Positions 18,071-26,593 of a stretch of 64,000 bases of DNA are shown here, in pieces. This stretch comes from Candidatus Nanoarchaeia archaeon (GTDB lineage: Archaea; Nanobdellota; Nanobdellia; WJKC01): contig JBAZFG010000006.1 in NCBI GenBank assembly GCA_041653515.1, positions 484-64,483 on the forward strand. Direction: 5' to 3'. Position numbers and translations under genes: made by a program. Numbering within the stretch: position 1 is the first letter of the stretch; every line of letters starts with the position of its first letter. Below the pieces are notes generated by a model. It saw nothing but the letters and a program-made list of their open reading frames with translations. It ran no database searches and was not told where the DNA came from.

Positions 18071-19249
18071 TTAATACTCCATTAATTGGTTTATGAATTT
18101 TAATCGTCCGTTAAAAACTATGTTACTTCCTTTTATTGTTTCATTAATTTTTGCTTCGTTATCAATTAATTCTTTTTTGATACAATTAAGTATTGAATTA
18201 CTGGCTTCGTATGGGTTACCATGAAATCGGGATTTAATTGAATTATTGTTAATAATCCCACAGTAAGGAGTTATTAATTTTAGTATTTCAAAAAAATCAT
18301 TTAATGCGTCAATAGTGCCTAATTCATATTTAGCGCCTGTTTTTTTTTCATAAACTTGTATGAATGCGGGGTATATGTCTTGATAAACATGTTTTATTCG
18401 TGGGTTTGATTCTTTAGTCATAGTGCAAAACCCTCCTAAATCATTACATCCTTCACAGTCTTTTGGTATATTAATATTTTTTTTGCTAGTATCCTCTTTA
18501 TTACAGTAACCAAGGCCGTGGATTAAGTATTGTGTAGCTATTAATTCAGCGTTAGTATTCTTGATGTAATCATCATTACTAATAAATGATTTATTATCTG
18601 CCCATTCTTTTAGAATGTTTTCTGATAAATCATTTTTATCACCATTAATTCTTTTTAATAATATTTGAGTAGTGTCTTTTGGTGTTGGTTTGAAGTAATC
18701 CATGTTAATTATTATTTGAAACCGATTAAGTAAGGCTTCATCAGTGCCAAACGTGCCAGTGTAATCTCCATTGTTAGGGTTAGCTGCTGCAATGATTATA
18801 TGATACCCATCTTTACCTAAAGGTATTGTTTGTCCCTTAAAATTATAATAACCATCCATAATATTAAATAAATCATTTTGGATTATTTCTGGTGCACGAT
18901 TACATTCATCAATAAATGTGATTAATTTCTTAGTTATTTCATTATTTATTGATATTACTTCTTTGGCTTTTGGGTGGAATTCTTCATAAACATCTTTTAG
19001 GCTGGTATCCTTGTTCATTCTTAAACTATTCATTTTGTTATTGAAGAATGATTTGCCCACACTTTGCGCTAATGTTGTTTTGCCTAAACCTGTTCCGCCA
19101 AGCAATAATATGTTTGATTTTGATATTAAACTTATTTTTATTAAATCTGATAAATCCATTGGTTCACCACCGAAAGTAATAACTTTTGAAGTGTTATAAT
19201 AACCAATTAAGTTTGTGTTATAAACCGATATTTGGTTTTCATTGCTCAT
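18071..19249 (-). CDS. MoxR-like AAA+ ATPase with C-terminal Cys-cluster extension
   Basis: Walker A LLLGGTGLGKTT, Walker B/MoxR box FIDECNRAPEIIQNDLFNIMDG, sensor-1 HIIIAAANP. The C-terminal extension carries C-x15-C-x2-C-x6-C. Confidence 0.8.
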   Translation of the reverse strand: MSNENQISVYNTNLIGYYNTSKVITFGGEPMDLSDLIKISLISKSNILLLGGTGLGKTTLAQSVGKSFFNNKMNSLRMNKDTSLKDVYEEFHPKAKEVISINNEITKKLITFIDECNRAPEIIQNDLFNIMDGYYNFKGQTIPLGKDGYHIIIAAANPNNGDYTGTFGTDEALLNRFQIIINMDYFKPTPKDTTQILLKRINGDKNDLSENILKEWADNKSFISNDDYIKNTNAELIATQYLIHGLGYCNKEDTSKKNINIPKDCEGCNDLGGFCTMTKESNPRIKHVYQDIYPAFIQVYEKKTGAKYELGTIDALNDFFEILKLITPYCGIINNNSIKSRFHGNPYEASNSILNCIKKELIDNEAKINETIKGSNIVFNGRLKFINQLMEY

Positions 19250-19273
19250 GGAATAATTGATTTAGTTGTCTCT

Positions 19274-19281
19274 TTTATAAA
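19274..19281 (-). promoter_or_regulatory. TATA box for MoxR-vWA-LRR operon
   Basis: tttataaa is centred about 28 nt upstream of ATG 19249. Confidence 0.55.
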
Positions 19282-19337
19282 TCTTTACTTTTAATAAAAG
19301 CAGAGTTTATAGTTAATAAATGTTAATTCAATTTTTT

Positions 19338-19991
19338 TTATGCTTGTATTCTTTGTACGCCTAGGTCAACGTCCATTCTTGGGTCGTAATGTAATCTTGA
19401 TTCTAGTCCTTCGTTAGTCTCAGCTAGTTTGTCGGCCATTTCTTTTCTTTCATCGTAGCTTAAGTCGCTGATGATTGATTCCATGCCGTAAGCTGCCGGG
19501 ATTATTGACATGTTAATTCCTCTGGCGTCAGTGAACGGGCCGTAGCGCCTGACTAACGGCAGTCCCCTAATCATGCTGATTAAGTCATTTTTCTCTTTTT
19601 TATTAAGCGTGCCATTAAAACCAACTAAGTCGATTGTTTGTTCTTCAGCTTCTGTTGCCTCGAATAATTCAGGGCACTCTGCTCTGTACTTGAATATTAC
19701 TGGCGCTATGTCGCCGCCAACGCTTATTAGTTTTTTCATTAATGCTTTCTTCTTGTCATTAAGTTTTGAGTAATCAACTGATTGCACTAAGTCATTCTTA
19801 CAGACACTGGTTAAGTGGGTTGCGTAATTACTTATTTGTTCTGGTTTGATGTAACTGCTCATGAAGTTTAACGCACCCATTATTGCTTTGCCTGTTGAGC
19901 TATTCTTGTAATCATTAAGTGTTTGATGGCTTGTCGCGCTATTAACTGAATAACTTGCTCCTGGTTGCTTGACTCCTACTTCAACTGGCAT
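19338..19991 (-). CDS. hypothetical protein (217 aa)
   Basis: ORF track. Overlaps the upstream gene by 11 nt. No motif recognised. Confidence 0.6.
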   Translation of the reverse strand: MPVEVGVKQPGASYSVNSATSHQTLNDYKNSSTGKAIMGALNFMSSYIKPEQISNYATHLTSVCKNDLVQSVDYSKLNDKKKALMKKLISVGGDIAPVIFKYRAECPELFEATEAEEQTIDLVGFNGTLNKKEKNDLISMIRGLPLVRRYGPFTDARGINMSIIPAAYGMESIISDLSYDERKEMADKLAETNEGLESRLHYDPRMDVDLGVQRIQA

Positions 19992-20904
19992 CTTCTTTCA
20001 CCTCGTAGTTTATCATGCCATATAATAGTTTGCCCCAGCCTTGTGTTCTTGTTTTCTCAGCTTCTTTTGGGTGTAAGCCGTGGGTCATGGCTAGTAAAGC
20101 AGTGTATGTTTCCTCGCCGTTCATCTTCTCTAATTCTTTGTGGTCATCGTAAGAGTCATCTAGTAGTGTTTTCATAACGTTCTTAACGTCATTGTCATTC
20201 ATGGTCTTACGGGTTTTGTTCATGTCTGTTTGGTATTCTTTTGACTTGATTACTCCTTCCAGGCCGCCGTTTTTTAGTTTGTCAACAGCTATTACAGCGG
20301 TTACTTCTTTTGCTTTACCGTTTAACTCTTTGGCATCACCAATCTTGCCTTCAAGGCTTTTTAAGTATGGGCTGTTGCTGATTAAGCCCATGTCAAATAA
20401 TTTTTCTTTGATAATATAATGTGCAAGCGATTGTTCAGTGGCTAATTCAATATTTGATTCCTGACCTTGCTTTTTTAATTGGTCGTTTAATCGGTAACCG
20501 TCAAAGACTGCTCCGTAAAAACCCCTGAATAATGATAAAGCTGAGTAAGTGCCCTGTTTAGGTGCAGTCGGGGCTGGTTTAGCTGCGCTTGGCGCAGCAG
20601 TTTTAGCTGCTGTTGCAGGGTTGGCTGGAGTGCTTGGCACTGCTGGCTTTGAAGCAGGCTTGGCCTCGCTTGGCGCGTTTATTTCAGGCGCTTCTGGAAT
20701 ATCAGTTGGCTTAACATCAGGGCTTTCAGGGAGCTGACACTTTTTTAGTAAATCTGTTTTGTCTTTAGCTTCTTTTTCTAATTTTGCCTGTTTATTTGAA
20801 AGATTGTTTAATTCACTTTTTTTATTGCTTAAATCATTATTAATATCAGTGATATAATCAGATAATTCAGTTACTTTAGCATTAATATCACCAGCACCTA
20901 TCAT
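19981..20904 (-). CDS. hypothetical protein: N-terminal coiled coil, Pro/Ala-rich linker, unassigned C-terminal domain
   Basis: Track start is GTG 20910; ATG 20904 is preferred because TATA-like ttataaata lies about 25-30 nt upstream. Linker sequence: PTDIPEAPEINAPSEAKPASKPAVPSTPANPATAAKTAAPSAAKPAPTAP. Confidence 0.65.
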   Translation of the reverse strand: MIGAGDINAKVTELSDYITDINNDLSNKKSELNNLSNKQAKLEKEAKDKTDLLKKCQLPESPDVKPTDIPEAPEINAPSEAKPASKPAVPSTPANPATAAKTAAPSAAKPAPTAPKQGTYSALSLFRGFYGAVFDGYRLNDQLKKQGQESNIELATEQSLAHYIIKEKLFDMGLISNSPYLKSLEGKIGDAKELNGKAKEVTAVIAVDKLKNGGLEGVIKSKEYQTDMNKTRKTMNDNDVKNVMKTLLDDSYDDHKELEKMNGEETYTALLAMTHGLHPKEAEKTRTQGWGKLLYGMINYEVKEDAS

Positions 20905-20939
20905 AGTCACTACTTATCAGTGACTATTTATAAGGCTTT

Positions 20940-21968
20940 CTATGGTTTGTAAAGTGGCAATACAAGCGCTTTATTCTTATTTTGGAGTAAGTTGTATTGT
21001 TTTTCTTTTTCTTTGCCACTATTAGGGTCTAAGTAAATTACTTTGTCGTTCTTAACTCCTTTTACCATAACAAAGTGATTTTCATTAAGGTACATTATTG
21101 GTGGTAACGCTTTATCATCCTTAACCGCTTTCATATACATCTTTAGTTCATCCAAATCCATTTTCCTTGCAAAGAATTTTTTGTCATCACTTTCATTTTC
21201 GTTTATTTTGATTCCAGTAATATCATTCAATAAATTAATCAAATCAAAAGTATCCTTCCATTCATAAGTATAATCAAGTAATGAGTCGCAAACCTTTTTA
21301 TTGGTTGTTTTATTTATCTCATATAACTTGTTGGCTAAACTGAATTCCTCATCAAATGAATCATTTGGTTTTGTTTTATATTTGGCTAAATAATCCGCTT
21401 TTCCATCATCAATTATTTCTTCATTAGTTAATGGTATTTTAATACCTAAATAATCAAGTATCATTCTTGTGCAAGTCAAACCGCACGCCCCAACCCCACT
21501 CCACTCCTTGCCTTTTAGCCCATCAATGATTATTTCATCAGCTGATTCTTTTGATAATAATCCATTCTGGATTAATATTTTATCAATGGTGTTAATATAA
21601 TCTGTTAGTGTAACTATATTATTTTTTAACACAGCAACCTTGCTGTCATATTCAGCCATAGAATTATTGTAGGATTCTTCAATGCCTGTTTTGATTTCAT
21701 TAATTGTTCCAATCAGGTTGGCATATAATTGCCCGCTAGTTGCAGGTAATTTACTTAATTTATCATTAAAATCTTTAATTCTTGCCTCAAGGTCAGTGAC
21801 TGCTTCACCTTTTTCATATGAATTATCTAAGCCTTGTATTTTAACATTGAACTCATTAAACTTGGTTTCTAAACCAGTTAATTGGTCTAAAAAACTGTTT
21901 AATTCAGTAGCATTATCACTAAAGTTCTCTTTCTCCTTCTGTAATTCTGCATTATAATCAACTGCCAT
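20940..21968 (-). CDS. coiled-coil protein with C-terminal C39-like (papain-fold) cysteine peptidase domain
   Basis: Catalytic-type motifs GVGACGLTCTRMILDYLG (Cys) and NENHFVMVKGVKNDKVIYLDPNSG (His...Asp) match the layout of bacteriocin-processing C39 peptidases. The N-terminal roughly 140 aa is heptad-rich. Confidence 0.65.
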   Translation of the reverse strand: MAVDYNAELQKEKENFSDNATELNSFLDQLTGLETKFNEFNVKIQGLDNSYEKGEAVTDLEARIKDFNDKLSKLPATSGQLYANLIGTINEIKTGIEESYNNSMAEYDSKVAVLKNNIVTLTDYINTIDKILIQNGLLSKESADEIIIDGLKGKEWSGVGACGLTCTRMILDYLGIKIPLTNEEIIDDGKADYLAKYKTKPNDSFDEEFSLANKLYEINKTTNKKVCDSLLDYTYEWKDTFDLINLLNDITGIKINENESDDKKFFARKMDLDELKMYMKAVKDDKALPPIMYLNENHFVMVKGVKNDKVIYLDPNSGKEKEKQYNLLQNKNKALVLPLYKP

Positions 21969-21993
21969 GATTAAATTATAGCTATCAGTTCTT

Positions 21994-22001
21994 TTTATAA
22001 A
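21994..22001 (-). promoter_or_regulatory. TATA box for C39-like peptidase gene
   Basis: tttataaa lies in the 38-nt spacer, centred about 30 nt upstream of ATG 21968. Confidence 0.5.
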
Positions 22002-22006
22002 GATTT

Positions 22007-23032
22007 TTATTTAATTTTTATTAACCCCAAATCAATTAATTTCTTAAGATTATCAAGAAACTTTTTAACTTCTTTAGCATGGGACAAAAAATTATCATCA
22101 AATTTATTGATTTTTGATAATAAATTTACGTCTATATTAATGCCTGTTATATTGAAAAGGTTAATACAGTTGTTGATACTTTCTTTTTGGATTGCATTAA
22201 CATAACCTATTTGTACATCAATATTATTAATGACAGGCTTAACTCCTGAGATTTTTTTTAAGTACTCTATCCTGCCCACTTGGCAGCGCCTTATTGTTTC
22301 TGAATAGAATTCTTGTGAGAACTGATTAATTCGGTTGAAATTAACCTGTTCTATAAAACCCGAATTATTAATATTATCTTCGCAACCAAATAAAAAATCA
22401 TTAAGGTAATGATAAGCCCTTTTTTGATTATTACTAAATAAAGGACTGGCTTCCTCAAGAACCTCAAAATTCTTTAATAACTGGTCTAACCTTAGATTAA
22501 TTATGTCATCACTGCACCATGATTTGTCATTAATTGTCACAAGTCGATTAATTAATTGCTGATATAACTTGTTATCAAAAAATTCAACTGGAGAGTCATT
22601 ACCTACTGCAAGATCGTTTAAGTAATTATTAATAAATAATAAGGCGCTATCCCTGCTGGAAAACTTAATTATTTTGCTGTCTATCGTTGAGTAATCACTG
22701 CCATCTAACATAACTGCTTTATGAACACAATGAGGTAGTTTTGGCAGTATCAATAATTTGTCCTCGTCATATTTATACATATAAGCGTACACAGTAAAAT
22801 AATCATCATTTGCGTCAATAGCAAAACCAGACTCAATCTGCTTACCTTCATTAAATAAATGAGGAACTGGGCATAATAAGTAATCAATGTTGTTAAAAGA
22901 ATTTATTCTAAGAAAATAATCCTTCATTGAACAAACTTCTTTGTTAATGATTGTTTTACCATTGGGTACAAAGTAATTAATAAGCTCTGGTTTGATTTTT
23001 TTGATTAGTTTATTTAGAAATGATTTGCTCAT
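22007..23032 (-). CDS. hypothetical protein (341 aa)
   Basis: ORF track. Overlaps the upstream 729-aa gene by 4 nt. No motif recognised. Confidence 0.6.
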   Translation of the reverse strand: MSKSFLNKLIKKIKPELINYFVPNGKTIINKEVCSMKDYFLRINSFNNIDYLLCPVPHLFNEGKQIESGFAIDANDDYFTVYAYMYKYDEDKLLILPKLPHCVHKAVMLDGSDYSTIDSKIIKFSSRDSALLFINNYLNDLAVGNDSPVEFFDNKLYQQLINRLVTINDKSWCSDDIINLRLDQLLKNFEVLEEASPLFSNNQKRAYHYLNDFLFGCEDNINNSGFIEQVNFNRINQFSQEFYSETIRRCQVGRIEYLKKISGVKPVINNIDVQIGYVNAIQKESINNCINLFNITGINIDVNLLSKINKFDDNFLSHAKEVKKFLDNLKKLIDLGLIKIK

Positions 23033-25218
23033 TTTTTGTATTGGATGATTCCCTTAGCAATTGATTCACTTATATTTTTGTTAAGTTCATCTAATTCACT
23101 ATTCCATTTGTCAAAATCATCTTTAATCGCAGTTAGATTGGCTTTTTTGATAAGTTTTATGTCCTTAACATAATCTTCATTTAGCTTATGGTAAGTATCA
23201 ATTAATTTTTGTTTAGACGAATCATTAACGCTAATATTCTGCACTTTCTCATAAGTGCTGTTTGTGTTGACAAAACCATCATCAATGTCTAATGACTTAA
23301 CTTCAGTTGTATTAAGATTGTTATACAATTCATCCCTTTCAGCTATCTTATCTGCAAGCTCTTTTTTAGCTTCGTTAAGCATTGAATCATAATCAGGCGT
23401 TACAGTTGTGCCCGGCACGCTGTTGCTTGTCAGTAAGTTAGCGTAAATATTATCAATATCTGCTGTTTGATTTAGTTTCAGTTTCTTGAAGCTAATGATT
23501 TTGCCATTGTCTTTTTCAACATAACTAGCGCCCTTATTGAAGAAGCTTTCTAAGTTATTATCAATAATATAATTGCTTAATTCCTCTAATGAAATCTTAA
23601 CGCTTGTGTTATCAAAATTAATTGTGTAAGCACTAACAACATTAATTGCAGTTGTCTTAGCGTCACTAAGTAATGTCTTTAACGCAACAGCGTTATTATC
23701 ATCAAGCAAATCACGTAATGAAGTTACCATGCCACTATTTTGCTCAGCACTATTTATAAAGTTTTCCACATCCTTAGCTGGGATTTTGAGTTTTTTGGCA
23801 AAGTACTCAATAGCATCCTCTTCATTACAATTAACAGACTCTGAGTACACAAGTAATTGCTTGTTCTTCTTAACAAAATCGTTAATAGCATTTAACTTTT
23901 GGTCAATAGTAGCATCTTTAGCCAAGCTTTTCTTGATTTGGCCAGCATAAATAGGCATAATATCCCCGAAGTGCTTGTAAAATAATTTCTTCTCCAACTC
24001 AACAATCTGCGCCTCACTAAAGCCCTGCAAGTTATTAGTTAAGTAATCCTTGAGCCCTGCCGCGCCTTCTTTTAATAGTTTTAATCGGGCGTCAAGAACC
24101 ACGCCGCCAACCTCTGCGGTCTTACTTAATTCATCCTCAGAGTAATTGCCCTGATAACTAACTGAATTAACAATAATGCTGTGAACTACTTCCCTGAAAT
24201 CCTTGCCGTCATTAATGTTATTCATTAATAGGTTCCAGCGCTGGCGGATTGTATCTAAAGTCTTAATGTTTTCCTCAGCGTTATTGCCTAAGAGCAACCG
24301 CTCAAGCGTGTCAGTAACGTAAATATCAGTTTTAAGCAATTCATTAAACTTATCAATAGTCCCCATGAGCTTGGCGTACTCTGGGTTACTATTATCACCA
24401 AACATTACTTTTCTATACTCATCAGGGGTTATGTTCAATAAGTGATTAAACTTCATTAAATCACTATACACGACCCGCTCAACATCATCAAAAACGTTGC
24501 TAAGGAAATCACTGCTAACACCATTAACAACGTAATTATCAAGAGTAAGCCCGTTCTGTTCAGCAAGAATTTTTAACTCAGGCGTTAAATTTTTCTCAGA
24601 AACAGCTTTAAGCAAGTTTATATCTGGGTTATTCATATCAATAAACCTTGAAAGCGCTTGCCAGCCAGCATCACTTAACTGCTTTTCCTCACTCATCTTA
24701 ATTCCTTCAAGTTCAGTGTTTAAATCATTTACTATGTCACTAGCGGAGTTAATTATGTTGATAATGTTAGGGTTGTCTGATAATTGCAGGCCATTGGTTT
24801 GCCTGATCTCATAGCCATTATCAATTATTTCATTAACTGGCATGCCCTTGATTAATTCAATTAAGTTATTATAATTAAATTTAGGGTCATTTGATAATTC
24901 AAAACCATTCTTCTCTTTTAGTATTGGCTCTTCAGGGATTGCTTTAATTGAGTAATCACCCCTGAACTTTAGGTTTGCCCCGCAGATGTCATTAATAAAA
25001 TCTACCTGCTCTTTAGTTAGAGAAACATCCTCTTCAGGGTCTTTGTCAACTAACCGAATATTTTTTTCATTATTTCCATTTTTAAGCTTTTCATTAACTT
25101 CTTTCTCGGTCTTTGAAAGGCTGTAAATTGATTCAATTAATGGGGAGTAATCTAGCTGGCCCTCACCAAGTTTAGCCCCTATTGTATACAAATATTTTAA
25201 TAGGTCCACTATTTTCAT
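23029..25218 (-). CDS. large hypothetical protein (729 aa), no TM or signal peptide seen
   Basis: Long uninterrupted ORF. Helical, Asn/Asp/Lys-rich, with a coiled-coil C-terminus. No family recognised. Confidence 0.7.
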   Translation of the reverse strand: MKIVDLLKYLYTIGAKLGEGQLDYSPLIESIYSLSKTEKEVNEKLKNGNNEKNIRLVDKDPEEDVSLTKEQVDFINDICGANLKFRGDYSIKAIPEEPILKEKNGFELSNDPKFNYNNLIELIKGMPVNEIIDNGYEIRQTNGLQLSDNPNIINIINSASDIVNDLNTELEGIKMSEEKQLSDAGWQALSRFIDMNNPDINLLKAVSEKNLTPELKILAEQNGLTLDNYVVNGVSSDFLSNVFDDVERVVYSDLMKFNHLLNITPDEYRKVMFGDNSNPEYAKLMGTIDKFNELLKTDIYVTDTLERLLLGNNAEENIKTLDTIRQRWNLLMNNINDGKDFREVVHSIIVNSVSYQGNYSEDELSKTAEVGGVVLDARLKLLKEGAAGLKDYLTNNLQGFSEAQIVELEKKLFYKHFGDIMPIYAGQIKKSLAKDATIDQKLNAINDFVKKNKQLLVYSESVNCNEEDAIEYFAKKLKIPAKDVENFINSAEQNSGMVTSLRDLLDDNNAVALKTLLSDAKTTAINVVSAYTINFDNTSVKISLEELSNYIIDNNLESFFNKGASYVEKDNGKIISFKKLKLNQTADIDNIYANLLTSNSVPGTTVTPDYDSMLNEAKKELADKIAERDELYNNLNTTEVKSLDIDDGFVNTNSTYEKVQNISVNDSSKQKLIDTYHKLNEDYVKDIKLIKKANLTAIKDDFDKWNSELDELNKNISESIAKGIIQYKK

Positions 25219-25242
25219 ATCTTGGCCTGATTGTTATAACTC

Positions 25243-25250
25243 ATTTAAAT
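25243..25250 (-). promoter_or_regulatory. TATA-like box for 729-aa island gene
   Basis: atttaaat is centred about 28 nt upstream of ATG 25218, in the divergent intergenic region shared with rpl35ae. Confidence 0.45.
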
Positions 25251-25267
25251 GCTTTTTGATAGTAAGT

Positions 25268-25275
25268 TTTATAAA
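25268..25275 (+). promoter_or_regulatory. TATA box for rpl35ae-trm1
   Basis: tttataaa is centred about 29 nt upstream of ATG 25300. Confidence 0.55.
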
Positions 25276-25299
25276 ACAAACACTTTTCCACATTGAATT

Positions 25300-25557
25300 A
25301 TGAAGGCATTAATAGTTTCTTTCAAACGGGGAAGGCACTTGATTCACCCAAGGCAGGCTATAATTAAGGTTAGCGGCATTGAGGATAAGCGCAAGGCAGG
25401 GGCTCTTGTTGGCAAGAAAATAGTGTTTAAGACTAAGAGTGGTCGATTAATGACTGGCGTGATAACAAAGGCTCACGGCGGCAACGGTTTAGTTAGAGCG
25501 CGGTTTGATAAAGGCTTGCCTGGTCAAGCAATAGGCCAAGAAGTCACCTTGAAATGA
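25300..25557 (+). CDS. rpl35ae: 50S ribosomal protein L35Ae (eL33)
   Basis: 85 aa. KRGRHLIHPRQAIIKV...GKKIVFKTKSGRLMTGVITKAHGGNGLVRARF is the typical L35Ae pattern. Confidence 0.85.
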   Translation: MKALIVSFKRGRHLIHPRQAIIKVSGIEDKRKAGALVGKKIVFKTKSGRLMTGVITKAHGGNGLVRARFDKGLPGQAIGQEVTLK

Positions 25558-26546
25558 AGATAATAACTGAGGGCAGTACTGTATTCAAAGCATACACTGC
25601 TGATATAGTTAGCAAACAAATGCCTGTATTCTATAACCCTGACAAGGAGTTTGACCGGTCGCTGTCAGTGAAGATTGTTCAGGCTCTAAAACCGAAGAAT
25701 GCTATTGACTTACTAGCTGCGAGCGGGGCTCGCGGACTAAGATTAATGAACGAGGCAGGCGTTGAAGTAACTTTTAATGACTTAAACCCACAAGCAGTTA
25801 AATTAATCAAGAGCAACTTAAAACTCAATAAGTTAAGCGCGCGAGTTTATAATAAGAACGCTAACCAATTACTCTACGACCTTAATGAATTTTTTGATTT
25901 CATTGACCTTGACCCATTCGGCACCCCAAACCCCTACCTTGACGCTTGCATTAAGCATACATCGAGGCATGGCGTGTTAGCTGTCACTGCCACTGACACA
26001 GCAGCACTCAACGGTGCTCGCTCAAAAGCAGGTCTTCGTAAGTATCACGCAGTTGTTAGTCGTTGCCCGTTCATGAAAGAGCTTGGTTTGCGAGTCTTAA
26101 TCAAGCACGTGATTGAGAAAGGTGCTGAACAGGAGTTAGCGATGAAGCCAATACTCAGTCATTGCACTAAACATTATTATCGGGCTTACTTCCAAAAAGA
26201 GTTAGGTGCTGGCAGGTGTGATTCATTGTTAAGTGAAATAAAAAATCTTTATTATAACCCACAGACTGGTTATCGCGGTCTTGAAGAACAGAAGGGTTGC
26301 ATAGCATTAGGTCCAATTTATACTGGCAGCATTAATTCACTAAAAGTTGATGATGACTTTGTCAAAAGCCTTAATGTTGAGGATGAATTCCCGCCATATC
26401 ATTATAATACAATTGAACTAGGCTTTAAACAAGAACCAAAAATGGACTTACTGTTAAAGAAGTTCAAGGCAATCAGAAGCCATTATGATAAAAAAGTTTT
26501 CAAGACTAAATTAAGTTTGGCTGAGATGAAAAAAATTAATTTCTGA
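25554..26546 (+). CDS. trm1: tRNA (guanine26-N2)-dimethyltransferase Trm1
   Basis: FYNPDKEFDRSLSV, the SAM site LLAASGARGLRL, and IDLDPFGTPNPYLDA are Trm1 hallmarks. Overlaps rpl35ae by 4 nt. Confidence 0.85.
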   Translation: MKIITEGSTVFKAYTADIVSKQMPVFYNPDKEFDRSLSVKIVQALKPKNAIDLLAASGARGLRLMNEAGVEVTFNDLNPQAVKLIKSNLKLNKLSARVYNKNANQLLYDLNEFFDFIDLDPFGTPNPYLDACIKHTSRHGVLAVTATDTAALNGARSKAGLRKYHAVVSRCPFMKELGLRVLIKHVIEKGAEQELAMKPILSHCTKHYYRAYFQKELGAGRCDSLLSEIKNLYYNPQTGYRGLEEQKGCIALGPIYTGSINSLKVDDDFVKSLNVEDEFPPYHYNTIELGFKQEPKMDLLLKKFKAIRSHYDKKVFKTKLSLAEMKKINF

Positions 26547-26593
26547 ATTTAATTAGTAATCTTTTTAAATGGCTTTGTTGCTTCTTTTTGTTG

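Noticed and set aside
20549-20737. Plus-strand Ala/Gly-rich 62-aa ORF
   Set aside because: It is the antisense reading of the GC-rich segment encoding the Pro/Ala linker of the 19981-20904 gene.
19338-25218. Integrated provirus or plasmid interpretation of the island
   Set aside because: No integrase, capsid-like, packaging ATPase or replication gene is recognisable, and there are no flanking direct repeats or tRNA at the borders. This cannot be excluded without remote-homology searches.
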